A stretch of DNA of 64,000 bases from Anthoceros angustus (lineage: Eukaryota > Plantae > Anthocerotophyta): contig MU008198.1 of NCBI GenBank assembly GCA_010909165.1, positions 248,001 through 312,000 of the forward strand, written 5' to 3'. This document shows positions 25,201 through 37,030 of the stretch, in pieces. The translations under genes and the position numbers were made by a program. Under the pieces are notes generated by a model that saw only the letters and a program-made list of their open reading frames with translations, had not been told where the DNA came from and searched no databases. How positions within the stretch are numbered: position 1 is the first letter of the stretch; each line of letters starts with the position of its first letter.

Positions 25201-26627
25201 AAGTCGATCTGGACTTTGCCTATTACCACGCCGAGCTCCGGGCGAGAAGCCTCTCGACACCGCAAACTGACGGACCCCTGGAAGGCCTGAAGGAGATGAA
25301 GGCCACAGGACAAAGACAGGACCCTAGTGGCCCCTGCTTGGAGATGACGGAGCGCGGAGAGGAGCAACCGGAGGAGCGAACGAGGAGCGCGGATGCGATC
25401 GAGGTAAGCACCCGCACCTCACCATGGAAGGAGGGGCCAACGAAGGAGTCACGGCGATCGGGAACAATGGAGGACTTCGAGGGAGAGCCACTGAGGAGTC
25501 CCGTGAGGGAGGAAACCTGGTGAGTCCTGACCGTCCCGGACTGGAATAAGTCCGGACCTCAAGTCCGGACCTAATAACTGGGACCCCGAGGTCCGACCCC
25601 GAGGTCCGGACTCAAGTCCGGACTCAAGTCCGGACTCAAGTCCGGACCTAGGTTAAGCCGGACTCGGTTCGGAGTCGAGACAGACCTCGAGGACCGGCGG
25701 GCAAGAAGGAGGAGCCCCTTCGACTTACGCTTAGGGGAGCCGATAGCCGGGTGGCCCCACCGGCCAAGGACCTGTGGAGGCCAGGGAGGATGACGCCGTG
25801 GTAACGGCGGTTGTCGATCACGAGCCCAACCCGGCTGTGATTCCGGGAGAGAGGGGCCCGCCTCACGGATCATCCGATTACCACAACCGCTGTGACGGGG
25901 ATTGACCACCCATTCCGAGGCGGGCTCAGACCTTCCCACCCCACCGGAAGGAGATAGGGGATAGGTGGTAGGCGGCGATTAGGTATACCGAAAATATCAC
26001 CGTAATAGGGGTGTAATAAAGACGCCACCTTGGGCGCAGATAAGAGGGCCGAGGTCGCCTAGTAAAGCATCTTTCTCTTGGTGTTGATGCCGCTCTGCAC
26101 CTTTGTGAGTCTTCTTGCTAACGTGAGTCCCGAGTCACCGAAAGGTGCACGACCCGGGAGATTGATCAAGGTCCCGTGACGGACTTAACGCGCTGTGGTG
26201 TGTGCAGGAAGGGTGATCGGTGATCCGGCTCGCCCGAGGTCCGAACAACGGACTGGAACGGGTGAGCCGGAGGAACGGAGGGTGTAGAGCCCGGACGAGA
26301 GGCCCGCGAACGACGAGGAGGTCCGGATCACAGAACGCGTTTTTTCTAAGATCAAGAGTGTAGCGTGAGGGAGAGAGGAAAGGATCGATGCGTGAGGGAT
26401 GTATGTGAACGATACGACTAACGGGTCCTTAAACGCTTGGCCATACCGGCCCAGACGGTGAACGCTAGAGTAGTTAGGAGTATGTGTGTGTTGAGACCGA
26501 ACGAGCGCTAAGGACGGTAGGAATCACCAAACGCGTAAACGGGCCTATCATTCCCTTGGGAACGGACTTCTTCCTACAACGACACGGATTGTGGCGCTAC
26601 CGGCCAATATCAAGAAAAGTCACCACA
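22225..26627 (+). repeat. Gypsy 3' LTR (~4.4 kb)
   Basis: TG...CA ends, colinear with the 5' LTR, followed by AGGAC and resumption of copia sequence. Confidence 0.9.
22852..25957 (+). pseudogene. Putative long ORF inside the gypsy LTR (charged/coiled-coil protein of unknown function, frameshifted); also present in the 5' LTR (~10428-15253)
   Basis: ATGGCACCCAAA start; continuous protein-like fragments (KADGVWEPWTVERNIVTRAIR, GRIIFACLEARKLR, AMDGMLWGLVV, AHVEEAIQQVDLDFAYYHAELR, SPD repeats); AATAAA downstream at 26015 and 15313. Confidence 0.5.
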
Positions 26628-29519
26628 AGGACCATTAAGAGCTTCCTCATAACTCTGAGGATCAGGTCGAACTTCAGGTAAGTGAACATCAGTCACATGG
26701 GCAGTTTGTCTCCGAAAGTCAACTGGTTGATATGGAGGCTCTGCCCAATCCTCACGTGCTCGACGTTCTCTCGTAGGATACCGAGGAGGAGGTGGTTCTC
26801 AAAGATCACTAGGGAGCACCATCATTATAACATCATCAGACGCATCCTCGAAACATGAGAGCCCTCCCGATCGATGACCGTCATCTACATCTTGAGGATT
26901 AAAGAGGTCTGGAACTGCTGGAAAACCTGGATCTTTAGTATCAAGGCCTGCTGCATCGTCATCATACTGTACAGCAGCCATATCTAATGGAAGAGTAGCT
27001 GCAGATTCCTCTCCATCGGACTCTGGATAGTGATAAGGTACTTGTTTAGGTTCTATCTCTAACCCAGAAAACAGATCATCACCTATGGTAGACATCGAGG
27101 GATCTGTGGAATAAAGCTGCTCAACTATAGAGTCTGAACGAGGAGAAGTGAGCTCAGTAAAGGTAGCACTCCTTGACAAGGTAATTCTTGACGTAACTGG
27201 ATCAAAAAGTTTGTAGGCCTTAGACTCTTCTGAGTAACCAACAAAGAGAAGGGGTTTAGACCTGTTATCTAACTTTTTCCGTTTTGGTTCAGGTACCAAA
27301 GCAAAGGCAGGAGAACCAAAAACTTTCAAGTGAAGGAGACTAGGTTTTCTACCCCAAAAGGCCTCGTAAGGAGTTCTACCAGGAAGGGCTGTCGTAACAA
27401 CTCTATTTAAGATGTAAGTTGCACACACTACAGCTTCTGCCCATAGAGTTTTAGGAAGGGCAGCCCAGGTCAACATACTTCTCACCATGCCCATAAGAGT
27501 CTGATTTTTACGCTCCGCCACACCGTTCTGTTGTTGTGTGTAGGGAACTGCTAGTTGCCTCACAATACCATGCTCGACAAAAAGATCATCAAACTGCCTG
27601 CCAGTGAACTCTCCACCGTTGTCAGTACGGAAGCACTTCACCAGCTGACCAGTCTCACGTTGTACCATCTTGATTCAAGTGGAGATTGTCTCGAACACAT
27701 CACTCTTGAGCTTGAGAGGAAAAGTCCATGAGTACCGAGAGTAGTCGTCCGTCAAGGTAAGATAATATTCAGCACCCCCAAGTGACTTCACAGGCAGCTT
27801 TCCAGCAATGTCCGCATGTATAAGCTCAAGAACTTGCTTTGCACGAGTTGCTTGTTTGTTCTTGAAAGGGAGTTCCTTTTGCTTGGACAGGATACATGAA
27901 CTGCATGCTGCAAGATGCTTGAAACAAGGAGGTAATCGCTCACGATAGCAAGAGGAGTTAGCCATCAAGTCTAATTTGGAGCGATTAACATGGCCCAACC
28001 TAGCGTGCCACAAATTGGCCTGAGCATGAAAAGCAGTAAGCAAAGCTCTAACCTTTGACTTGTGAACTGTAACTAGTTGGTAGAGATCATTTACTAGAAC
28101 TGCTCTAGCAACATGACTCTGTGGGTTGGAGATATGATAGACATAACAGGTTTTGCCCTCAAACCTAAAACCATACTTACGACTATGAGCTATGGCCCGT
28201 ATCGACAAAAGGTTTTTGCTTATGTCTGGAACGAAGAGGACATCCTCCAGCAACAAGGAAGACCCGTCAAAAAGAGGTATGCTAACAGAACCGGAACCGT
28301 TCACCTGAACTCCTCGTGAATCACCAACAAAAACTGATTGTGGTGTGGTTTGCTTGTGAAAGGTGGTGAAGAGCCCACGGTTGTTGCAAACATGCGTTGT
28401 GGCTCCAGAGTCAACAAACCATTGAGAAGAACTTCCTTTGACAATGGCTGCATATACTCACGCCGCATCGCCCTAGGTCGCTTCGTGATCCAAGATTTAG
28501 CCTCTGGAGATGTCACATGTGCTTCATGCTTGGGCTCGCTTGGGCTCACTGCCTTTTCTTCCCAGCCACGCCTCCCAAAAGGACCGAATCGCACCGCCAT
28601 AAGAGCCTTGTTTCTTTGTTGTAGAAGAGGAATGAGATTGCTGAGAGTTGCTGTTAGGCTGCTTCTTCCATTTATCTTTCCCCTTCCAGGTTCCTTTGCC
28701 CTTTGTAGCAAAGAGAACCTTCTCACCACGTAGGCGAGAAGATGAGCCTGACCTTTGTCTACTCTGTTCCTCTTGCAGGAGTGCTCCAGCCACCTCATTC
28801 AAATTGATGGAAGAAGGTTGACCAGCAGCAACGGCTTTATAAGCATCACGCAAGGCTGCGTTTTGACTTGACACAAAAGTCTGATAGGATGAAGGCAAGC
28901 TGGACAACAGTTGAGCCGTCATCTCCACTTCAGTGATCTTGCTACCTAGCGCGGCAAGCTGTGCCCGTAGGTACCTCAACTTGGTGAGATGAGCTCCAAC
29001 TGGTTCCCCTTCCTTCAGCCGTAGACTGTGAAAGTCATTCCTTACAGAGACCAAGGTGCAGATGTTTTGAACCTGATAAGTATCCAAAAGTTGAGTCCAA
29101 GCAATGTTTGGCGAAACTCAACCTCAGAATCGTGGGTTTCGCCTGTGCCCGAAGCAGACGATGGCGGCAACCTTGTTGCCCTTCTTCCACTTTGCTATGT
29201 CATCTGCAGATGGTTGATTAGCAGCAGATGCAGGGATTTTCGTAGGATCTGGAATGGTTCCATCAACATATTCCCAAACATCTCTGGCATTCAAATTGGC
29301 CTTCATTCGAGCTTTCCAACTTTCAAATCTGGTAGGTTTCCCGTCAAATCGATCCTTTTCTTTGAATTCCCCAGAGTATAAGGACCCTACTGATGATGAA
29401 ACTCCTCCTAGATTTGTGGATCCCATGACAGATGACGGAAAACTGATGGGTAGAGAAGGATTAGAATAGAGCCAAGAAAAATAATCTGTATTACTATCTG
29501 GATCAAAAGGAAAGGACAT
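26628..29519 (-). CDS. Copia gag, protease, GAG-pre-integrase and integrase (few frameshifts)
   Basis: RFDGKPTRFESWKARM, LLSSLPSSY, WFVDSGATTHVC (~28420), LWHARLGHVN, LELIHADIAG, RTDNGGEF, QQNGVAERKNQTL, KLDNRS..LFVGYS. Confidence 0.95.
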
Positions 29520-30605
29520 AGCCTAACAGAGGCACTATCCACTAGCGACACTAGACTGAATCAGAAAATAACTGTAAGTTCCTAGTGAGGGGTGCCCTAA
29601 AAACTAAGAGTTCAATGGAATCTGAATATAACTGCCACTAACCGTTTCTGAAGGGTGCCCTAAATTGTAACTGACACAAAGAATGTGGATTGTGTGAGAA
29701 ATTGTGAGTGAAAGTGATACAAATCAAGCAAATTTCTGACTGTAAGAGGATGGGATCCCAACACCTGGATGCGTCCACCAACAGATACTTAGATTTGTGA
29801 TGCCTGCGGAGAGCTTCCTGGCGAATTAGGGAACCACCAAGCCAGAAACTTCGCTCCAAGTCTGTCACCTTTGATGTTCACAAACCTTCTGTCCTCAACC
29901 TCTCAGGGGTCGGGACAAGTGAATCCACATAGAGCGCTGCAACTGGTTGCACTGAAGACGATGAGCGCTGTTGAAGTGACAACCTAGAAATACTGCTCGA
30001 CAAATTCAGCAACTCTTCATTGACTGCAGCAAGGGAAAGTGCAACTTCTGCCAGTCGAGTTTGTGTCTGAGTGTGATAACGAGCAATAAGCACTTCAACG
30101 TCGTCCAATCTGTTGTCAACTCGCCCTGCTTGATCTGGTCGAGTCCAGGAATTTCTCCCTCTATTCAGGTATGCTAATGTCTACATTGTCCTGTCATCAC
30201 TTGCAGATAAAAAAGGAGAGCGCTCTAACTGATGACGATAAGATTCAACACGCCTATAGAAGTTCTGAGGAAACTGTGAGAATGGGAAGTTTCGCTCTTG
30301 GAAAATTGAGTCATTTCGTCTTCTACTTGCATTAGAAGGTCTGCATCTGCGATGCTCAGACCTGTTAGAACCTCTGCCTTTTCCAGGCATTTCTGAAAAA
30401 GAAGGGAAGACCTGACTGACTAGCTAGCATGATCCAGAGTAGATAGGCCAGAAGTAGTGTCTCGGTTGATCGACTAATCTGCTGCTAAATGTGTAGGGCC
30501 AGGGATGCATTGGACACACCATCTTGCATATATCAAACGATGTGTACAGGGTGATGTGCTTGATGGGATCCATTGCCCTAGATGGACCAGCAGCAGATTG
30601 TTGAC

Positions 30606-30618
30606 GGCTCTGATACCA
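30606..30618 (-). promoter_or_regulatory. Copia primer-binding site (initiator Met tRNA)
   Basis: Minus strand TGGTATCAGAGCC directly abutting the LTR. Confidence 0.95.
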
Positions 30619-30784
30619 TGAGAATATGCTAGATAGCGAAAGACACAAAAAAGATGTTGTAAAAAGAGTTCATACAAAGTACATAATAAAAGGTCTAATA
30701 AAGTATGTAGAGGTAACCCTAGGTTACATTAACTATATAACCTCGTGAGGTTAACTTAACAAGGGTTAAACATAAACCCTAACG
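30619..30784 (-). repeat. Copia 5' LTR
   Basis: Matches 5802-5966; terminal base reads G instead of A; followed by TSD GGATA. Confidence 0.92.
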
Positions 30785-30789
30785 GGATA

Positions 30790-31000
30790 ACCCTAAGAAC
30801 ACGTAAGGAAAGAAGAGCGAAGACCGTAAGAAAGCGACCCTACTTGGGACAACCAACATCTGGAGACGTTTGGGTTTGGCGAGTCCCAAGGTGTAGAAAC
30901 GCCATATCTTCCTCTTGCTATTTACGATCCGAACGGCCGCAAGAGAACGATGACATCGCCGTCCGAGGACGGAAAGACAACATTCGCCAAACTAGCTAGA
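30790..31000 (+). pseudogene. Probable C-terminal continuation of the ParB/MTase-like gene beyond the copia
   Basis: Removing the copia and one TSD joins ...GATGGCAAAAAAGGTCCGGAT|AACCCTAAG..., continuing a Lys-rich, coding-like stretch. Confidence 0.5.
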
Positions 31001-31020
31001 AACATAGACCGATGTCAACC

Positions 31021-31302
31021 GTTGGAGACTGCTTAATGTGAGTGCGCGCACAAGTTTGTGCACAAATAGCATGGCCAGTCTGAAGGAAAAAGCTGATTGT
31101 GAATGTCTCTGGATGGTTTTCCTCGTAATTTCACGCGTAATGTCATATCGTATCGCACTAATAATTGAAATGTTTGCGGTGACCTGGGAGAAATACCAAA
31201 AGGTCGATTCCTGCATGGATTTCCTACGCAGCGTAAAGGGTCCGGAACGTCGCGTGTGCAAAAGGGGTTTCAGGAGAAACCCCTTTCAGAACAGACGCTG
31301 TT
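31021..31302. mobile_element. Right subterminal region and inverted repeat of the outer element carrying the ParB/MTase-like gene
   Basis: 31021-31302 aligns colinearly with ~53936-54203; 31271-31302 is the reverse complement (30/32) of 52621-52652. Confidence 0.7.
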
Positions 31303-31880
31303 CTCATTGCCGTTCAGAGGATCATCAACAGCACCATCAAGTACACAGGCGTCAAACCCCTGCTCTCTGAAATTACCCTCATCCTCAATCTTTTCCACGC
31401 CCATGACAAAATCATCTTGAGGACCGACATACCTTAAGCTTAAATTTCAAACATGTCAAGACATTCTTGATCAGGAATCACTTCAGGATTAGGAACCAAG
31501 ACAGGCGTAGAAAACTCACCAAGCTGAGCATGAGAGACAATCAAGATGCTCTATCACAAGACAAGGCCTAACCTATGACACTTTCACCGCAGACATGCGC
31601 TAAGCGCATTGAGGACCATGGAATCGTTAGTAATCAAATGGTTATTCTCACCAACAAAATCAATACCTCTCTTGGTGTGAGGGACATAGTAAGTGATGTC
31701 AGATAATGGCCCTTCTACCAAAGCTACAAGTTGGGTGTCCACAAATTTCTCTACTGTGCAAACTCAGCTACCCGACGTGCAGCCATCTTGGAAGAAAAAC
31801 GCCTTGGAAGTTTTGAATTGGCCTTGTTGGGGACCAAGTATGTTCCCTCACTATGGACAAGAACACCATCAATTTTACCA

Positions 31881-32024
31881 TCATCCTGAAGGGGGTGAGT
31901 GGCAGTATGCGGAATTACTGATTTGACACGCTATCCCGTGTACGGCTTTGACATCACTTTCTGCCATAGGCATTTGTTTTTTTCCGGGTTCAGCAGGCCC
32001 AATTTGTTTTCTTTTTGGAGCCAT
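31881..32024 (-). other. Possible first coding exon of an unidentified gene (MAPKRKQIGPAEPGKK...)
   Basis: ATG directly after a TGTTTTGCAG acceptor-like site, with an NLS-like start; no family recognised. Confidence 0.3.
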
Positions 32025-33472
32025 CTGCAAAACACAGCATAATAGTAAGAACAAATTACTCAAACGAGTCAAAGAGAATGCATTGTTTGACTTACTTGGA
32101 ATGCAAAACAACCGCTTGAAAACCTGCTGGAAGGTCTAAAAACTGATGATCAAACGATCTAAACAATGAAAAAGGCAGTGGATATAGATAGTGTGATAGC
32201 AATAGCCACTTAAAACTGTATATTCTTATGATGAATTCCCCCCCTTGCTTTCTGTTAAAGGAAACCAAACTCCAGCGATATTTTTCTTCACATAGGAATT
32301 ATTGACCCAAAAAAAAATGAACGACTGTTTAACTTTGAAAAAATGTCAAAAGAAAATCAAAAAATTGATTTAGACATTTAAATACCAGGCACAAAAAACC
32401 AAATCACAGATGATGCAACAAAAAACTTGATACTACTAATTGAACGGACAGCAAATCAAGACAAGCTTGAAGCACGGGACTCCAATTCACTCTTGACAAT
32501 TGTCATGCACGTTGGAGGCCAACTCCGCTGCATTCACTCTTCAAAGTCTACGCATAACAAAAAATTTGTCAAAGAACGAATTAGAGGCAGTTTAAAGAAG
32601 ACATGTTTAGTTCAACAAAAACAAAGTTCTAAAATATTATGGTATACAGTAGAAATAAAAGAACTAACCAAACTTGAAAAACTATCAGATCATTGACAAC
32701 CGAGTAAAGGTTGAGTCTGGTACGATCACAAATCTGCAGAATGATATCAGCATATTAGGAACAACATGTGTGCGGAAGACAAATACATGGACAAAAACAC
32801 AATCAAGAGAAGAATCAACACAAAAAAAATTAAGTAAACACTTACATATGTAAAAGAGCAATTGAGGACAAACAAAAAGAAAAGAGCCGTCCGTGTAAGT
32901 TGTCTGCATGAACAACAATAAAGGACATGAATATCATTTACATTCAACTTGAGCAACAAAAACATGCCATACATCACTTTGTGACACAAAATGCAATGTA
33001 TTAATTGAATGCCACGAGCTACGGATTAAAAGAAGGACAAGACGAGGAATAGAAACAAGGCCGAAAGAGACAATAGAACAGAACTGAAGAACCGAGTCAG
33101 GCAGGTTGTCTCATTGAAATCGTCAAAGACAGAGTTAACTTAACTAAACTATTGACCACAAATACGTTACTTGCCCTACGTTACTAGTTTTACAAATGCT
33201 TAACATGCGAATCAGGATAAAGATAACCAAGAAGCTACTAAGACGCACTGATGTTAAAAATATAGACAAAGTAGTCTGCCACTCGAACGTGAAAAAGGAT
33301 TTAATTTACAAAAGCTAGCCATGATAGAACCAAGGATAAAGTTTAGGTGTGTAAAACAACAGGAAAACAAGCTGATTTTCAACAAGAAAACAACAGGAAA
33401 AGAAGGTAAGAAGCAATTTGGTTTTCTTTAACTACCTAGATATTCTTTATCATCTAATGTTATAATTTTGTA

Positions 33473-35920
33473 GAAAGCGACTACAGGAGTCTTCAGCAGG
33501 ACAACAGTGAAAGCACTCGAACAAACAAAATAGTTCCCAACCATGGAGATCCAGGATATGGCGTCAAACCAGAGTTCGAGCGTCCACTCCTAGAAATATG
33601 AAAGTCATTGAAAAAGGTAAAAAATAGTCCAGTTTTGTTTTCCATTGTATACATTGTATTTCCATTGTATTTTTTTATTTTACTGATTATAATTGTCTCC
33701 TCAGTTGTTCCTATCCATGAACAAACAAGACTTGAAGCTTCTTTGCGCGATGCCTGCTGAACTCAACAAAATTAAAAAGGTAACCCTTAGGATCGGTAAA
33801 TTCTGATATTCTTTGATTAGAATCCTTTGAGTCTAATATTATTCTTATTTTTTAGGATATCAAAAAAAATCTTTGCACAACAGCTCAGTTAGAGTTGGAG
33901 ATTCGAACTCTAGTCAACAGATTCAATGGGCATCAAATCTATATCGAATCGTTGGAGGTATTTATAAACATATATTTTTTTTACATATATAATAAAGATA
34001 AATAATTCACTCTGGTGCGTGTAACAGAATGCTGGAGAACAGCTGCCGCATAAAAAATCAAGGATAAAATAGATCTTATCAACACAAAAATCGACAATAG
34101 TTCTCAACAGGTGCTGCAAATATCATATATTTTGTTTTACCATCCAAAGAGTGTTACCTAACATCATTCTGTGTGTAGGTTAAAAAAGGCAAACAAAAAA
34201 TTGATGAGCTTGATGCTCAGAGACCAACATTTGGCCCTAACCAAGAATTTTCTGGATTTGGAAAATAGATTGAACATTTCCAATATCCTGAAATATTCAT
34301 AGAATTCAAACAAAAGTATGTACCAATTGGGGAAAAGAATATTCAAGATGTATTGGACCCAATCCTCAATGAAGATGGTTCCACTCCAACACTCCAGGAA
34401 CATAGGGACATTCAAACGAGTGATTTCCCTTTATTTCTTTTACTTATCTTTATTGTAATTTCTTTGGTATTTAATCATAACCCTTGACATTACAGAGATG
34501 TTAATTGCACTTGAAAATAAAGAGCTGAAAACCAAAGATCTGTTGGCTCTCATGGAGGATAAAAAGGTAAATCATATTCATTTTGCTTTCTCTAGAGAAA
34601 ATGGAAATACTCACATGATGAACTGCTTTCCAGAACCTACGAGCACACTTCCGCAGTGTCGGAAATCTCCACAGTACTTATTTAAACTTAACCAAACAGG
34701 TATATACAAAGCAAGAACAATTCTGACTTGAAATGGAGGTCAGGGATTAACCCGTTTGCATTTTCGTTTGTAGTTTTCGGAGAGTCAAACCAAGTTATTC
34801 GCGCTCTTTGAGGTCAGTACATGAGATTGAATAAGATATCAAATATTTTTGAATTCTAATATGCAATATCTTGTTTGCAGAAATATTCCCCGTATGGACG
34901 AGATTTTGGAAATGATAAATTTTCTTTCTGAACCGTACAACTATCAAAAAAAGAACTATTATTCTGAAGAAGAAACAGGGCCAAAATCACCTGTTTACAC
35001 ACCATCGACGCTGGTAGAGTACATTTAGAATGAAGTTGGTTGACTACGAAGTAAAAACTAAGTCCGGAATGCTCTCTTACTCTTTTTATCCGAGCAAGAG
35101 AAAAAGGAACTATAAGCTGGGTATACTGAGCAACAACTCTTTAATGACCAACAAACGCCGGCTCCCACCTCGGTCTGCAGTCAAGAATTGGCCGCATCTC
35201 AGCCCCAAACTCGGCCGCTCCCTTACGCCAGGGAACGAAGGCACGGAGGGGTGTCCCTGATACAATGCATCATGCAAACTATTTCTGGTCCTTAGTCATA
35301 TGAAGCCATTGTGTTGCAATTTTTTGGCACTAATCTCAAGCATTGGCGGAACAATGTGAGGAAGGAGGCCCGAAAGTTTTTGGAAGGGAAGAAGAGAAAT
35401 CCTGGCTATGTTGCAAAGAGTGTAAATCCAGAGTACTGTAAGGTGTTTTTGAGGGAGGAGAAGGAGAAGATGGATGGCGTTGTAGCCCCTAGCCAGCAAA
35501 AAGTAGCTGCCATGAAGAGGGTGAAGGAAATGGATAGCAATACCTGCGCGTGCTTTGGCCATTGGCGGCAGTGTGGTTTTATGGATAGATTTAGAGGAAT
35601 GTTTGGGAAGGAGCAAACCGTGGATGAGATCAGAGCTGTTGGCACCATTCACGGAAAACTTGCTGGTGAAGCTACAAGCGTTTTGGATGAATTCCAAAAT
35701 AACAAGTCCTGCTTTGGATCCACAGGTTAACTCACATGGGGGGATTGACACCACTATTAACGTGTGGAACCTGTTGGTTGAGGCAGGTTATCCAACCAAT
35801 GAATGCGATGGCAAGGTCATGGATGCCATCATGAAAAAAAATGTCTTAGACGACGGGTGGATGGTGGGGCTTTACCTTCCCCATAAACTGGCCAAGGATG
35901 CTGAGGAAGCCTTAACATGA
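33473..35920 (+). pseudogene. Intron-rich gene of unknown function (short exons, ~65-90-nt AT-rich GT-AG introns), possibly an accessory ORF of a CACTA element
   Basis: Successive AG|exon|GT blocks at approx. 33473-33616, 33705-33779, 33856-33957, 34028-34110, 34179-34419, 34496-34566, 34633-34699, 34774-34812, then a longer exon from 34881 with ORF pieces 35311-35920; some stops and frameshifts. Confidence 0.5.
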
Positions 35921-36184
35921 TTAAGGTTAGAGGCTAATGCTGTTGCTTTCATCATTTCCATGTTCCATGGTCGGTCTGAAATTTTTTGTTCCACGACCTC
36001 ATATTTTGGGTGTGTAAGTTTCCTGTAGGATGCCTAGTTTTCTAAGGGCAATGCCATGTATCTGGCCGGCTGGCTGGAGAGGACAAGTCTTGTGTATTGA
36101 GTACACAAAAGGGGCAGAATCGTAGGTGTAGGACGCTCAGAGGATGTAGCCTGGGTTTGCAAATAGTGGTTTTGTAGAATTGTC

Positions 36185-36372
36185 CTCACTCACTCACTCC
36201 CTCTCCCCCGTCCCTCCTTTCCCCTCCCTTCCCTCCTCTCCCCTCCCTTCCTCCTCTCCCCTCTCCCTCCTCTCCCTCCTCTCCTCCTCTCCTCCTCTCC
36301 TCCCTCCCTCCTCCTCCCTCCCTCCCTTCCTTCCTTCCTCCTCTCCTTCCTCCTACCCCCCTTCCCACTCCC
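36185..36372. repeat. Polypyrimidine (C/T) low-complexity tract
   Basis: ~190 nt almost entirely C and T. Confidence 0.9.
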
Positions 36373-36449
36373 CTAAGAATTACTACACCACTTAAGAAAT
36401 TGACAACATTGATTATGAATCTGCATACACTTTACAGCCAAACTTTTGC

Positions 36450-37030
36450 TACGTTCCGTTTACTACAGGGATCCCACTACTAAAAATTTTATTACAGATT
36501 TTTACTATATAATTTTATTATGAATTTTTACTATAGAATTTACTATGGACTTTTACTATAGAATTTTATTACGGGATCCTACGGGATCCCGTACAACAGG
36601 ATCCTACGGGAATTTACAACGGACTGTCGGGTTACTTAACTGTGATTAATTGACTATGTTCAACATGTGATTAACAAAACCCACTCATTTAACTACGGTT
36701 AATATGTTATAGTTAATTAACCTCGGTCAACTAACCATTTTTTTAACCACGATTAAGCCAGTAGTAAAATCCGTGGTTGTTCAACGTAGTAAATACCGTG
36801 GTAAAGAGAAGGTAATTTAGAGATTAACTGGTATACGGTAGACTTCATTAAAGTACTCCGTACATTCTTCATATAAAATACAAAGTATAGCTAATATATA
36901 CGGTGTACTCGACTTTACCACGGACACTAACACTATATACTTACTATTGACGTTTTACTACGGGAGTAGTAATGTCCGTTGTAAAATCCATAGGTATGTC
37001 CGTGGTAAAAGTGTGCTTTTCCTAGTAATG
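36450..37030. mobile_element. CACTA/EnSpm-like 3' terminus with subterminal repeat array
   Basis: Many TTTACTA(C/T)/GTAGTAAA/CCGTGGTAAA motifs in both orientations, ending TTTTCCTAGTAATG (reverse complement CATTACTAGGAAAA, one mismatch from CACTACTAGGAAAA). Confidence 0.55.

Larger units (their letters stand above)
9357..26627 (+). mobile_element. Ty3/gypsy LTR retrotransposon (Athila/Tat-like non-chromovirus) nested in the copia pol
   Basis: LTRs start TGTGG..GCACT and end ..CCACA; PBS TGGCGC..GCGGGAAT; PPT present; order gag-PR-RT-RH-INT. The flanks rejoin the copia frame as DPQSYEEALNG(P/H)|DGHHWRASIDDEY. Confidence 0.92.
5802..30784 (-). mobile_element. Full-length Ty1/copia LTR retrotransposon interrupted by a gypsy element
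   Basis: Near-identical ~165-bp LTRs (5802-5966, 30619-30784); 5-bp TSD GGATA (5797-5801, 30785-30789); PBS and PPT present; domain order gag-PR-INT-RT-RH on the minus strand. Confidence 0.95.

Noticed and set aside
36180-36395. Ser/Pro/Leu-rich and Gly/Arg/Glu-rich ORFs
   Set aside because: Translations of a simple C/T tract.
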